From the NCBI GenBank assembly GCA_950097015.1, contig CATNEN010000001.1:17670001-17734000 (forward strand): a DNA stretch of 64,000 bases, read 5' to 3'. The translations under genes were made by a program, and so were the position numbers. The DNA comes from Macrostomum hystrix. Its lineage: Eukaryota > Animalia > Platyhelminthes. The stretch's first letter is position 1. The number at the start of each line of letters is the position of its first letter. Of the stretch, positions 42,001-54,000 are shown in pieces. Below the pieces are notes generated by a model. That model saw only the letters and a list, made by a program, of their open reading frames with translations, made no database searches and had not been told where the DNA came from.

Positions 42001-45000
42001 CTGTAGATTGGGCACATTGTGGGTAATACTCAGTCTGTAGATTGGGCACATTGTGGGTAATGGTCAGTCTGTAGATTGGGCACATTGCGGGTAATACTCA
42101 GTCTGTAGATTGGGCACATTGTGGGTAATACTCAGTCTGTAGATTGGGCACATTGTGGGTAATGGTCAGTCTGTAGATTGGGCACATTGTGGGTAATACT
42201 CAGTCTGTAGATTGGGCACATTGCGGGTAATGGTCAGTCTGTAGATTGGGCACATTGTGGGTAATACTCAGTCTGTAGATTGGGTACATTGTGGGTAATG
42301 GTTAGTCTGTAGATTGGGTACATTGTGGGTAATGGTTAGTCTGTAGATTGGGTACATTGTGGGTAATGGTTAGTCTGTAGATTGGGTACATTGTGGGTAA
42401 TGGTTAGTCTGTAGATTGGGCACATTGTGGGTAATGGTCAGTCTGTAGATTGGGTACATTGTGGGTAATGGTTAGTCTGTAGATTGGGTACATTGTGGGT
42501 AATGGTTAGTCTGTAGATTGGGCACATTGCGGGTAATGGTCAGTCTGTAGATTGGGTACATTGTGGGTAATGGTTAGTCTGTAGATTGGGTACATTGTGG
42601 GTAATGGTCAGTCTGTAGATTGGGTACATTGTGGGTAATGGTTAGTCTGTAGATTGGGTACATTGTGGGTAATGGTTAGTCTGTAGATTGGGCACATTGT
42701 GGGTAATGGTTAGTCTGTAGATTGGGTACATTGTGGGTAATGGTTAGTCTGTAGATTGGGTACATTGTGGGTAATGGTTAGTCTGTAGATTGGGTACATT
42801 GTGGGTAATGGTTAGTCTGTAGATTGGGTACATTGTGGGTAATGGTCAGTCTCTAGATTGGGTACATTGTGGGTAATGGTTAGTCTGTAGATTGGGTACA
42901 TTGTGGGTAATGGTCAGTCTGTATATTGGGCACATTGTGGGTAATGGTCAGTCTGTATATTGGGCACATTGTGGGTAATGGTCAGTCTGTATATTGGGCA
43001 CATTGCGGGTAATGGTCAGTCTGTATATTGGGCACATTGCGGGTAATGGTCAGTCTGTAGATTGGGCACATTGTGGGTAATGGTCAGTCTGTATATTGGT
43101 CACATAGCGGGTAATGGTCAGTCTGTATATTGGGCACATTGCGGGTAATGGTCAGTCTGTAGACTGGGTACATTGCGGGTAATGGTCAGTCTGTAGATTG
43201 GGCACATTGTGAGTAATGGTTAGTCTGTAGATTGGGCACATTGCGGGTAATGGTCAGTCTGTATATTGGGCACATTGCGGGTAATGGTCAGTCTGTATAT
43301 TGGGCACATTGCGGGTAATGGTCAGTCTGTAGATTGGGTACATTGTGGGTAATGGTTAGTCTGTAGATTGGGTACATTGTGGGTAATGGTTAGTCTGTAG
43401 ATTGGGCACATTGCGGGTAATGGTCAGTCTGTAGATTGGGTACATTGTGGGTAATGGTTAGTCTGTAGATTGGGTACATTGTGGGTAATGGTTAGTCTGT
43501 AGATTGGGCACATTGTGGGTAATGGTTAGTCTGTAGATTGGGTACATTGTGGGTAATGGTTAGTCTGTAGATTGGGTACATTGTGGGTAATGGTTAGTCT
43601 GTAGATTGGGTACATTGTGGGTAATGGTTAGTCTGTAGATTGGGTACATTGTGGGTAATGGTTAGTCTGTAGATTGGGTACATTGTGGGTAATGGTTAGT
43701 CTGTAGATTGGGTACATTGTGGGTAATGGTCAGTCTGTAGATTGGGTACATTGTGGGTAATGGTTAGTCTGTAGATTGGGTACATTGTGGGTAATGGTTA
43801 GTCTGTAGATTGGGCACATTGCGGGTAATGGTCAGTCTGTAGATTGGGTACATTGTGGGTAATGGTTAGTCTGTAGATTGGGTACATTGTGGGTAATGGT
43901 TAGTCTGTAGATTGGGTACATTGTGGGTAATGGTTAGTCTGTAGATTGGGTACATTGTGGGTAATGGTTAGTCTGTAGATTGGGCACATTGTGGGTAATG
44001 GTTAGTCTGTAGATTGGGTACATTGTGGGTAATGGTTAGTCTGTAGATTGGGTACATTGTGGGTAATGGTTAGTCTGTAGATTGGGTACATTGTGGGTAA
44101 TGGTTAGTCTGTAGATTGGGTACATTGTGGGTAATGGTCAGTCTCTAGATTGGGTACATTGTGGGTAATGGTTAGTCTGTAGATTGGGTACATTGTGGGT
44201 AATGGTCAGTCTGTATATTGGGCACATTGTGGGTAATGGTCAGTCTGTATATTGGGCACATTGTGGGTAATGGTCAGTCTGTATATTGGGCACATTGCGG
44301 GTAATGGTCAGTCTGTAGATTGGGCACATTGTGGGTAATGGTCAGTCTGTATATTGGTCACATAGCGGGTAATGGTCAGTCTGTATATTGGGCACATTGC
44401 GGGTAATGGTCAGTCTGTAGACTGGGTACATTGCGGGTAATGGTCAGTCTGTAGATTGGGCACATTGTGAGTAATGGTTAGTCTGTAGATTGGGCACATT
44501 GCGGGTAATGGTCAGTCTGTATATTGGGCACATTGCGGGTAATGGTCAGTCTGTATATTGGGCACATTCGTAAAAGAGTTAAAATGCTGGATTTAGAATT
44601 AATCGTCGCCATTGATCCCATAATCCCATAATCCCTATTGCTTCCCACCCGCAGTTAAATGCCACATCCGCTGCCCTGCTAGCCAATCGCACATTCGATT
44701 ACGAGTCTTCGAGTCCTCCATTTCCGAAATGGCTTCGGCTGTCTATTAGAGCCAGTTCTGGGCCATTGTTTGCTGATACAGTCATCCTGGTGAACATCAC
44801 GGATGTTAATGACGTGCCGCCTATGCTGCCAGACACTGTCGCATATCTCATCAAATGGGATTTGCTGGCTAGAATAGACCCGCTCGGTACTATAACAGTG
44901 CTGGATCCGGATACTGTGAACAATTTCAGCTTTGCCATTGTGGCTGGCAATGAGGCTGGCGCAATCCTCATTCACCCTGTCACTGGACTGGTCAGTGTGG

Positions 45001-45057
45001 ATCAGCGACTCAATACCAATGTCAATCTTAACTTCAGCGTCACGATTCGTGTGTCAG
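33016..45057 (+). CDS. CELSR: CELSR exons 1-8: signal peptide and cadherin repeats 1-9
   Basis: Repeated LDRE/LDYE, DxD and DxNDxxP calcium-binding motifs in the spliced frame. Confidence 0.92.
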
Positions 45058-48000
45058 GTGAGTTCATGAGCTATTTGGGAAGGAGCCTTAATGACCAATT
45101 AACAATGTGGATTGAAGGGTTCATGACCAATTAACAATGTGGATTGAAGTGTTCATGACCAATTAACAATGTGGGTTGAAGTGTTCATGGCCAATTAACA
45201 ATGCGGGTTGAAGTGTTCATGACCACTTAACAATGTGGGTTGAAGGGTTCATGACCAATTAACAATGCGGGTTGAAGTGTTCATGACCACTTAACAATGT
45301 GGGTTGAAGTGTTCATGACCAATTAACAATGTGGGTTGAAGGGTTAATGACCAATTAACAATGTGGGTTGAAGGGTTAATGACCAATTAACAATTTGTCA
45401 TCAATGCATTATGACCAGTTAACAATTTGTCATCAATGCATTATGACCAGTTAACAATTTGTCATCAATGCATTATGACCAGTTAACAATTTGTCATCAA
45501 TGCATTATGACCAGTTAACAATTTGTCATCAATGCATTATGACCAGTTAACAATTTGTCATCAATGCATTATGACTAGTTAACAATTGGTCATCAATGCT
45601 TTATGACCAGTTAACAATTGGTCATCAATGCTTTATGACCAGTTAACAATTTGTCATCAATCCTTTATGACCAGTTAACAATTTGTCATCAATGCATTAT
45701 GACCAGTTAACAATTGGTCATCAATGCATTATGACCAGTTAACAATTGGTCATCAATGCTTTATGACCAGTTAACAATTTGTCATCAATCCTTTATGACC
45801 AGTTAACAATTTGTCATCAATGCATTATGACCAGTTAACAATTTGTCATCAATGCTTTATGACCAGTTAACAATTGGTCATCAATGCTTTATGACCAATT
45901 AACAATTTGTCATCAATGCTTTATGACCAGTTAACAATTGGTCATCAATGCTTTATATGACCAGTTAACAATTGGTCATCAATGCTTTATGACCAGTTAA
46001 CAATTGGTCATCAATCCTTTATTACCAGTTAACAATTTGTCATCAATGCTTTATTACCAGTTAACAATTTGTCATCAATGCTTTATGACCAATTAACAAT
46101 TTGTCATCAATGCTTTATGACCAGTTAACAATTGGTCATCAATCCTTTATGACCAGTTAACAATTGGTCATCAATGCTTTATGACCAGTTAACAATTTGT
46201 CATCAATGCATTATGACCAGTTAACAATTGGTCATCAATGCTTTATGACCAGTTAACAATTGGTCATCAATCCTTTATGACCAGTTAACAATTGGTCATC
46301 AATGCTTTATGACCAGTTAACAATTGGTCATCAATGCTTTATGACCAGTTAACAATTGGTCATCAATGCATTATGAGCAGTTAACAATTTGTCATCAATC
46401 CTTTATGACCAGTTAACAATTTGTCATCAATGCTTTATGACCAGTTAACAATTGGTCATCAATGCTTTATGACCAGTTAACAATTTGTCATCAATGCTTT
46501 ATGACCAGTTAACAATTGGTCATCAATGCTTTATGACCAGTTAACAATTGGTCATCAATGCATTATGACCAGTTAACAATGTAAGATGGTTGTTGGCTAA
46601 TGACAATTGAAAGTACACTAGCCATTATGATCAAATTACTCGACTCCCAAAAACCTTTTGACAGACGGACTGCACAGCAGCCAGGGACAGTTGAGCTTGC
46701 TCAGCCGCTACCTATCAGCTGATGTCATAGCCAACAGTGTCACTCTGCTTGTCAATCAATCTGATTCAGTCTGCTACCGTAGTGTCCAGAATGGGATTAG
46801 TGAAGGCATTGGTAGCTGCTTGGCCACAATTCTTCCCGTAGTCAGGTCAACTCTAGCCGGCCTGCTCAGCCTACCCATTGATTGGATTCTACCATTGGAC
46901 TCTGCTATTGTTAATAACAACTCTCAAATCACCGCCTCAGTAAATTGGACTGTATTCAATCTGACTTTAGCTGTGGCAAACGATTCAAACTTTCTAATGG
47001 CCTACGATCGCGATGTTCTACAGCAAACGATTGCTCTGTATGCCGACCAGCTGGCAATGGGCTCTGCAGTCAGCATATCTCTGGCTTCGGACGCTACTGG
47101 CGGCTCATTTTGTGCAGCTGAGCCTTGCGGAAGCTTCCGGGTTAGTTTCTTGTACCCTAGGGGCAATCCCTACCACTATTGGGAATCCCTCACCCTTATT
47201 GGGGAATCCCTCACTCTTATTGGGAATCCCCCACTCTTATTGGGAATCCCTCATTTTTATTGGGGAATCCCTCACTCTTATTGGGAATCCCACACCCTGG
47301 ATAGGAATCCCTCACCCTTATTGGGGAATCCCTCATCCTAAATGGGGAATCCCTCATCCTAAATGGGAATCCCTGATCCTTATTGCGAATCCCTTACCCT
47401 TAATAGGAATCCCTTACCCTTTTTGGGATCCCTCACTCTTATTGGGAATCCCTCACTATTATTGGGAATCCCTCACTCTTATTGGGAATTCCTCACCCTC
47501 ATTGGGGAATCCCTCACTCATATTGGAAATTCCTAATCCTTAATTGGAATTAATCTGTAAGACCGTGGGTTAAGTTGTAGAACATAACAAACACGCCAGG
47601 AGCCCTCACTGGCTCACGCCAATATATTTAACGGCAAAGTTGGGGTGGGTGCAACCACCCTAAGCGAACGCACGCTGCAGCGCTAAACCCCCCACCCCAA
47701 ACAAGCCGCGCGTGCACATCTAAGTGCACGCGCACCAACAAGCCAGACTACACTACTTTCCCCCTAGAAGCAAAAGACAGTCCCAAGTCAAGCAAAGCCC
47801 GCCATGCACAAATCCGGTGGCCGCCGCTCTCTAGCCGATCGCCGCGGAACAATGACCGGCTCGGCCGGTGCCGCCGGCGGCTCCTCGTGTACCTCGTCTG
47901 CCTGCAGCTCGGGCCAGAAGGCCACCGCATCGCCGCCAGGATCGGCCGCTTGCCCGGGCGGCTCTGCGGCGGTGCCGTCGTTGTCGGCGTCGGCGGCCGG

Positions 48001-51000
48001 CGGTCGACGGTCTGCAGCGGCTGGAAGCTCCAGTGACGCCCGCCGCTGCACGAAGCGCTTGAGGCGGTCGTGGTGCACCACCAGCCGGCGCCTGCGGCCA
48101 GCCTCGTCCTGGATGCGGTAATTGACCTCACCCAGGCGCCTCAGGACTCGGTACGGCCCCTTCCACTTGGCGCTGAGGCACCGTGTCTGGCCGCGCTTGA
48201 TGACAGAGTTGCGCAGCATCACTAGCTGGCCCTCTTCGAACGGCACGAACCGAGAGTCCCGGTTGGCCAGCCGGTTGCGCTCGACCTGGGCGCTTCGCAG
48301 TCGGCTGTGCACCGTGTCGAAGGCGCTCTGCAGGTTCTCCTGAGTCCGCCGCAAGAAGCCGTGATGTTCACCGTCGGCTGCCGGCCGGTCGCCGCTTATC
48401 AGCCAACTGTCGAGAGCCAGCCTCGGTGGCCAGCCGTGGAGGACCTGGTATGGGCTGAGGCCGGTCGTGCTGTGCACGTAGGTATTGTAGGCCCAGGTCA
48501 CATACGGCAGCTTGCTGTCCCAGTCCTGCTGGTTCTCGGCCACTGTCGTCGCCAGCATGTCACCGAGCGTCCGGTTGCCTCGCTCGACGATTCCGTTTCC
48601 GCTCGGATGAAACGGCGACGTGCGCGTCTTCTCGACGCCCAGCTGCTCGCAGAGCCGGCCGAACACCTCGCTCTCGAATTGACGCCCCTGGTCACTGTGC
48701 AGCACCTGAGGAGCGCCGTGACGCAGAACTACCGACTTAAGCAGTGCATCTGCCACCGTCACCGCGTCGATCCCCGCCAGGGCTGCCGTCTCCATCCACT
48801 TGGAGAAGGCGTCGCACATGCTCAGGATGTACGCCTTGCCATCGGTCGTACGCGGAAGCGGCCCTTTGATGTCGATCTGCACCAGCTGCCACGGAGCCGT
48901 CGGCTGGCACGTCGACTGCAGCGGCGCTTTCTGCGGCTTGGTTGGACTCTTCTTGGCCAGGCAGACCGCGCAGCTGGCCACCCAGTTCTCGACGTCCCGT
49001 CGCAGACCAGGCCACCAGCAGCGCTCAGACAGCCTCGCTCCGGTCCTGTCGACGCCGAGGTGTCCGCTCTGGTCGCACGAGTGCGCCTGCTGCAGGAAAT
49101 GTGGCCGCAGGTGACCGGGAATGACTGGCCGGCCACCCACCAGCAGGACACCCGCCGAGCTCACCGAGGCCCCGTCCAGCAGCTCGCGAACCTGCGCCGC
49201 CCATGAATCGGACAGGCTGTCGACCCCTTCGGTCAGCGCTTGGAACGCCTTGCTCAGCAGCGGGTCTTGCCGTTGCTCCTCGTGTAGGCTGCTGTCGTCC
49301 CACCGAGGCTGCAGGCGCGTGCCGGCCACCCGGCTCAGCGCATCCGGCACGACGTTGTCCCTGCCAGGTCGGTACAGCAGCTCGAACGAAAACTGCTGCA
49401 GCGTCGAAAGCCATCGCGCCAGCCGACCTTCGGGGTCCTTCGTTGTCAGCAGACCTTGCAGTGGCCGGTGATCCGAGTAAACTCTGAAGTTCGGGACACT
49501 CAGCAGGTACGTCCTGAAGTGCTTCAAACTCCAGACCAGCGCCAGCAGCTCACGGTCGGTCGCCGAGTAGTTGCGCTCGGCCTTGTTGAGGGTGCGCGAG
49601 GCGAACGCCACAGGCAGCTCGGCGTCTCCGTGCAGCTGGCTGAGCACCGCCCCGACGGCGAACTGACTGCTGTCGCAGCTGAGCACGAACTGCTTGGTGA
49701 AATCCGGCAGCCTCAGCACCGGAGCCGTCGTCAGCTGATCTTTCAACTCGTGGAACGCTCGCTCGCAGTCGCTGCTCCACTCAAAGTCCCCCGATTTCAC
49801 GCTGACGTCATGCAGGACCCTCGCCGTCTGGCTGAAGCCTGGGATGAACCGGCGGTAGAACCCCAACATTCCGAGGAACCGCTTCACCTCCTCGGTCGTT
49901 GTTGGGCTGGGCATGCTGCGAATGGCCTCGACCTTGCCGGGATCCGGTGCGATGCCCTGCTCGCTGATCAGGTGTCCCAGGTACAGCACCCGGCGATGAC
50001 CGAACGCGCTCTTGGCCTTGTGCAGCTTGAGTCCCGCGTCTCGCAACCGCTTGAAAACTTCCGCCAGCCTCTCTAAGTGGTCGTCGAACGTCCTGCTGAA
50101 GACAATGATGTCGTCGATGTAAGTCAGCACGGACTCCCAAGACAGGCCAGACATCACAAGCTCCATGAGCCGCTGGAACGTCGCCGGGGCGTTGCACATA
50201 CCGAAGCCCATCTTGCAGAATTGCATCAGGCCGCGCGTCGAACAGAAGGCCGTCTTGTGCCGGTCCTCCTCCGCCACCTCCACCTGGTGGTAGCCCTGCC
50301 GGCAGTCGATGGTGGAGAACCAGGAGCATCCGACAAGCGCATCCATGGCCTGCTGCAGGTGCGGTAGCGGGTACGCGTCCCTGACGGTGCAGGCGTTGAG
50401 CTGCCGCCAGTCCGTGCACAGTCTGATGTCGCCGTCTTTCTTGCGGACTACCAGCAGGTTGCTGGCCCATGGCGATGTCGACGGCTCGATGATGCCGCTG
50501 TCCAGCATCTGGCCGATCTTTTTGTCCACCTGGCCTCGCACAGACAGTGGCAGCCTGCGCTGGACCTGCCGGTGTGGCCGCGCTCCGGGCACCAGCTCGA
50601 TCTGGTGTTGCAGCAACGCCGTCGTGCCCAGGTCGTACTCGTGCCTTGCGAACAGGTCCTCGTTGCGCTCCAGCAGCTGTCGCAGCCTCGCAGCATCCCG
50701 TTCGGGCAGCTCCGCGTTGATGTTCCAACCGACGGGGGTCTCATGGGCCGCCTCCTGGCGACCGTCCTCGTCTGTCATCGCGCCTTCGAACGTGCCGACC
50801 GCCTTGTTGGCGTACAGCAGCACGGGCTCCTCTGCCAGGTTGCACATTTTCACCGGGATGCGGCAGCCATCTGAGACCGCCAGCACGCGGGCCGGCAGGA
50901 TGGCGGTGGACTTCACGAAGTCCTCAGACGGCTCAAAGACTCCCCGCTGGAATCCACCTTGAGCCACACCAGCTTCTCGCTGCGGGCGGGCAGCTCCGTA

Positions 51001-54000
51001 GTTGCCGCCACACGCGCCACCAGGACACTCGGTACCAGGCGACAGTCTGCTCGAGCCGGCTCGCTGCTGAAAGGCACAGTTGTACTATCAAACTTAACGA
51101 CGCCTTCTTTAATGTCGATGGTCATCGCCTGCGACACCTCGCCGATGAAGTCCATGCCGATGATCAGGCTGGGCTGGATGCCGTCCACGACTGTGAAGCG
51201 ATGGCGCACGCGGATGGTCTTGCCGATAGAAACATCCGCTGCTGACAGGCCTAGGCAGCGCAGCCGGGATCCGTCGACAGCAGTCGGAAGCGCACCGATG
51301 TCGGTGCAGTCGATCTTGCACGGCAATCTGTCGAACAGTGACTTATCCATCAACGAAACTTGCGCGCCGGTGTCGAGCAGAGCGGGCGCTGACACGCTGC
51401 CAAAGTGCACCTTCACGAAGACTGAAGGCGCTGATCTAAGGGCCCCTTTTGAGCGGGTCGGTGCTGGCCCCAGGCTGCCGACCCTCAGAAGTTTCCCTGC
51501 GGCTGTCCAGTTGGTGTCGGGCACACCGCGGCGGAGTGACCTTTGCCTGAGCACCGGCTGCAGCGGATGCCGGTCGCCTTTGGGCACCGCCTAGCGATGT
51601 GACCCAGCTCGCCGCAGCTGAAGCACTTAATGGGTCCCTTCTGACGCCTGTCTCTTCCGGGTGGTCCCGCTCGCACGCTGGCTGTCAGCTGCTGCATCTG
51701 CTGCTCCAGCTGGCTCAGCCGTCTGTCTTCCACTGACACCGCAGCTGATGAGGCTGTAGTCGCGTGGCTCACCAGCTCAAGCCGCGCAGCTCTGTCGACG
51801 ATGGCGGCCAGCGAACACGAGTCCACGTCCTGGTCCTTCAACAGCGCATCTCGCACGGCAGATGGCAGGAGGCGCATCAGGCGAAACTTTACGTCCTTTT
51901 CCCGAGCCGCCACGGAGTCGTCCGGGCGGGCCCGAAGGTGGAGAAGCTTCAGGCTGTAGGCCAGCTCCCTCAGCGACTCGTTAGGCTGTCGCTTACGCTC
52001 TTCAAAGTCCTCCATTGCTCTGTAGCAGCTTAGACTGTTGCCAAAGCACTCGATCAGCTTCTCCTTCAGCTTTTCATAGCTGGCTGACACGTCTTCTGGC
52101 TGCTCCCAGACGAAGATTTGTGCTTCTCCTGTCACCAGCAGTCTCAGCTTCTTTGCCTTCTTCTTGTCGTCCCATTCGCAGTCGTCGGCGAAGTCCTCAA
52201 ACGTGCTGAGCCACGTTCTCACGTTGGAGTCGCCGCTAAACTTTGAAGGCAATAGACTGGCTTGCTCTGATTTGGCCATAGTGAGACCGCTGCCACCAGT
52301 GTAAGACCGTGGGTTAAGTTGTAGAACATAACAAACACGCCAGGAGCCCTCACTGGCTCACGCCAATATATTTAACGGCAAAGTTGGGGTGGGTGCAACC
52401 AACCTAAGCGAACGCACGCTGCAGCGCTAAACCCCCCACCCCAAACAAGCCGCGCGTGCACATCTAAGTGCACGCGCACCAACAAGCCAGACTACAAATC
52501 ACTCACTCTTATCGAGAATTCCTTGCTATTATTAGGAATCTCTCATCTTTTTTGGGAATTCCTCAACTTAAAGTTATACTTTACCCTTATGTTGATTCTT
52601 CTACCATGGGCTGAAATTCACCAACTTGATTATTGGAAAATCTATTTACCTAGTAAATCTTAAAACCTCCGTTGAAGTTAAAAAATTTCCAAGAAAATCC
52701 CTCATTTTGTCTCTCACCATTTGTAACCACGGTAAGAACTTTCCTATCTTCATCTAGCTGCCAACCAATCAAAACTCGACAGGTTTGCACAGATCTCACG
52801 GCCATTGCTGGGCCAGCCAATCAGGTCGAGCCTCTGTCCGGTCCCGGCCTGCTGCTCAGGCGCCATCCAACTCGGCCGTACATCGCCTGCCGCTGTCCAC
52901 CCGGCTACTCGGGCCGAATCCGGCCCTGGGACTGCGATCTGGAAGCCGACGCCTGCCACCGTCCAACTGGCATCGGAGGATCTCCTGCCTGTCCAGCTGG
53001 CAGCGAGTGTGTACGACTGGAGGCCGGTCGGTACTATTGCAGAAATCTGAGCACAGCAGACGGCTATAGCGGCGGCATTGCTTTGAGATTTTCCGGCGAT
53101 GACTACTCAGCCTATGGAGGCTTCCGCAGTCGTCACCGCCTCAGCCTGGAGCTGTCGTTCGCTACCGTCAACGCCGACGGCCTGCTGCTGTGGATTGGAC
53201 GCATCGGAGAATCGCCTGCAGTCGGCGAGGGAGCCCTGTCAGATTTTCTAAGAATTGATCTGCTTGGAGGACAGGTAAAAGCTTGGTTAGAATAGTTCTT
53301 TGTGGGTTAGCTGGTGAGTTTTTGAAGCGAGTATCTCAGGGTGAGATTTTGAAACGATGATCTCTGGGTGAGATTTTGAAGCGAGTATCTCTGGGTTGAG
53401 ATTTTGAAGCGAGTATCTCAGGGTGAGATTTTCAAGCAATGGTTTCAGGGTGAGATTTAGAAACGGTGATCTCAGGGTGAGATTTACAAACGGTGATCTC
53501 AGGGTGAGATTTTGAAACGATGATCTCTGGGTGAGATTTTGAAGCGAGTATCTCTGGGTTGAGATTTTGAAGCGAGTATCTCAGGGTGAGATTTTCAAGC
53601 AATGGTTTCAGGGTGAGATTTAGAAACGGTGATCTCAGGGTGAGATTTACAAACGGTGATCTCAGGGTGAGATTTAGAAACGGTGATCTCTGGGTGAGAT
53701 TTTGAAGCGAGTATCTCTGGGTTGAGATTTTGAAGCGAGTATCTCAGGGTGAGATTTTCAAGCAATGGTTTCAGGGTGAGATTTAGAAACGGTGATCTCA
53801 GGGTGAGATTTACAAACTGTGATCTCAGGGTGAGATTTAGAAACGGTGATCTCAGGGTGAGATTTTAAAACGATGATCTCATGGTGAGAGTTCAAAGCGA
53901 TGATCTCAGGGTGAGAGTTCAAAGCGATAATCTCAGGGTGAGATTTTTTACGAAAGACCTTCGGATGCATTTTTTACCAAAGTTTTCCTGCTAAGGTTTT

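Larger units (their letters stand above)
47556..52496 (-). mobile_element. Full-length Ty3/Gypsy LTR retrotransposon (4941 bp)
   Basis: 197-bp TG...CA LTRs with 1 mismatch; 4-bp TSD AATC (47552-47555 and 52497-52500); PBS; PPT; gag then PR-RT-RH-IN order. Confidence 0.98.

Noticed and set aside
45380-46581. Palindromic 32-bp direct repeats resembling CRISPR repeats (also the 35-mer at 56.2 kb and the 40-mer at 26.5 kb)
   Set aside because: Units are head-to-tail with no unique spacers, there are no cas genes, and the context is a eukaryotic intron.
47748-52209. Many overlapping ORFs on both strands of the retrotransposon, including a possible env
   Set aside because: Shadow ORFs from high GC content; there is no room for env between the pol stop and the 3' LTR.
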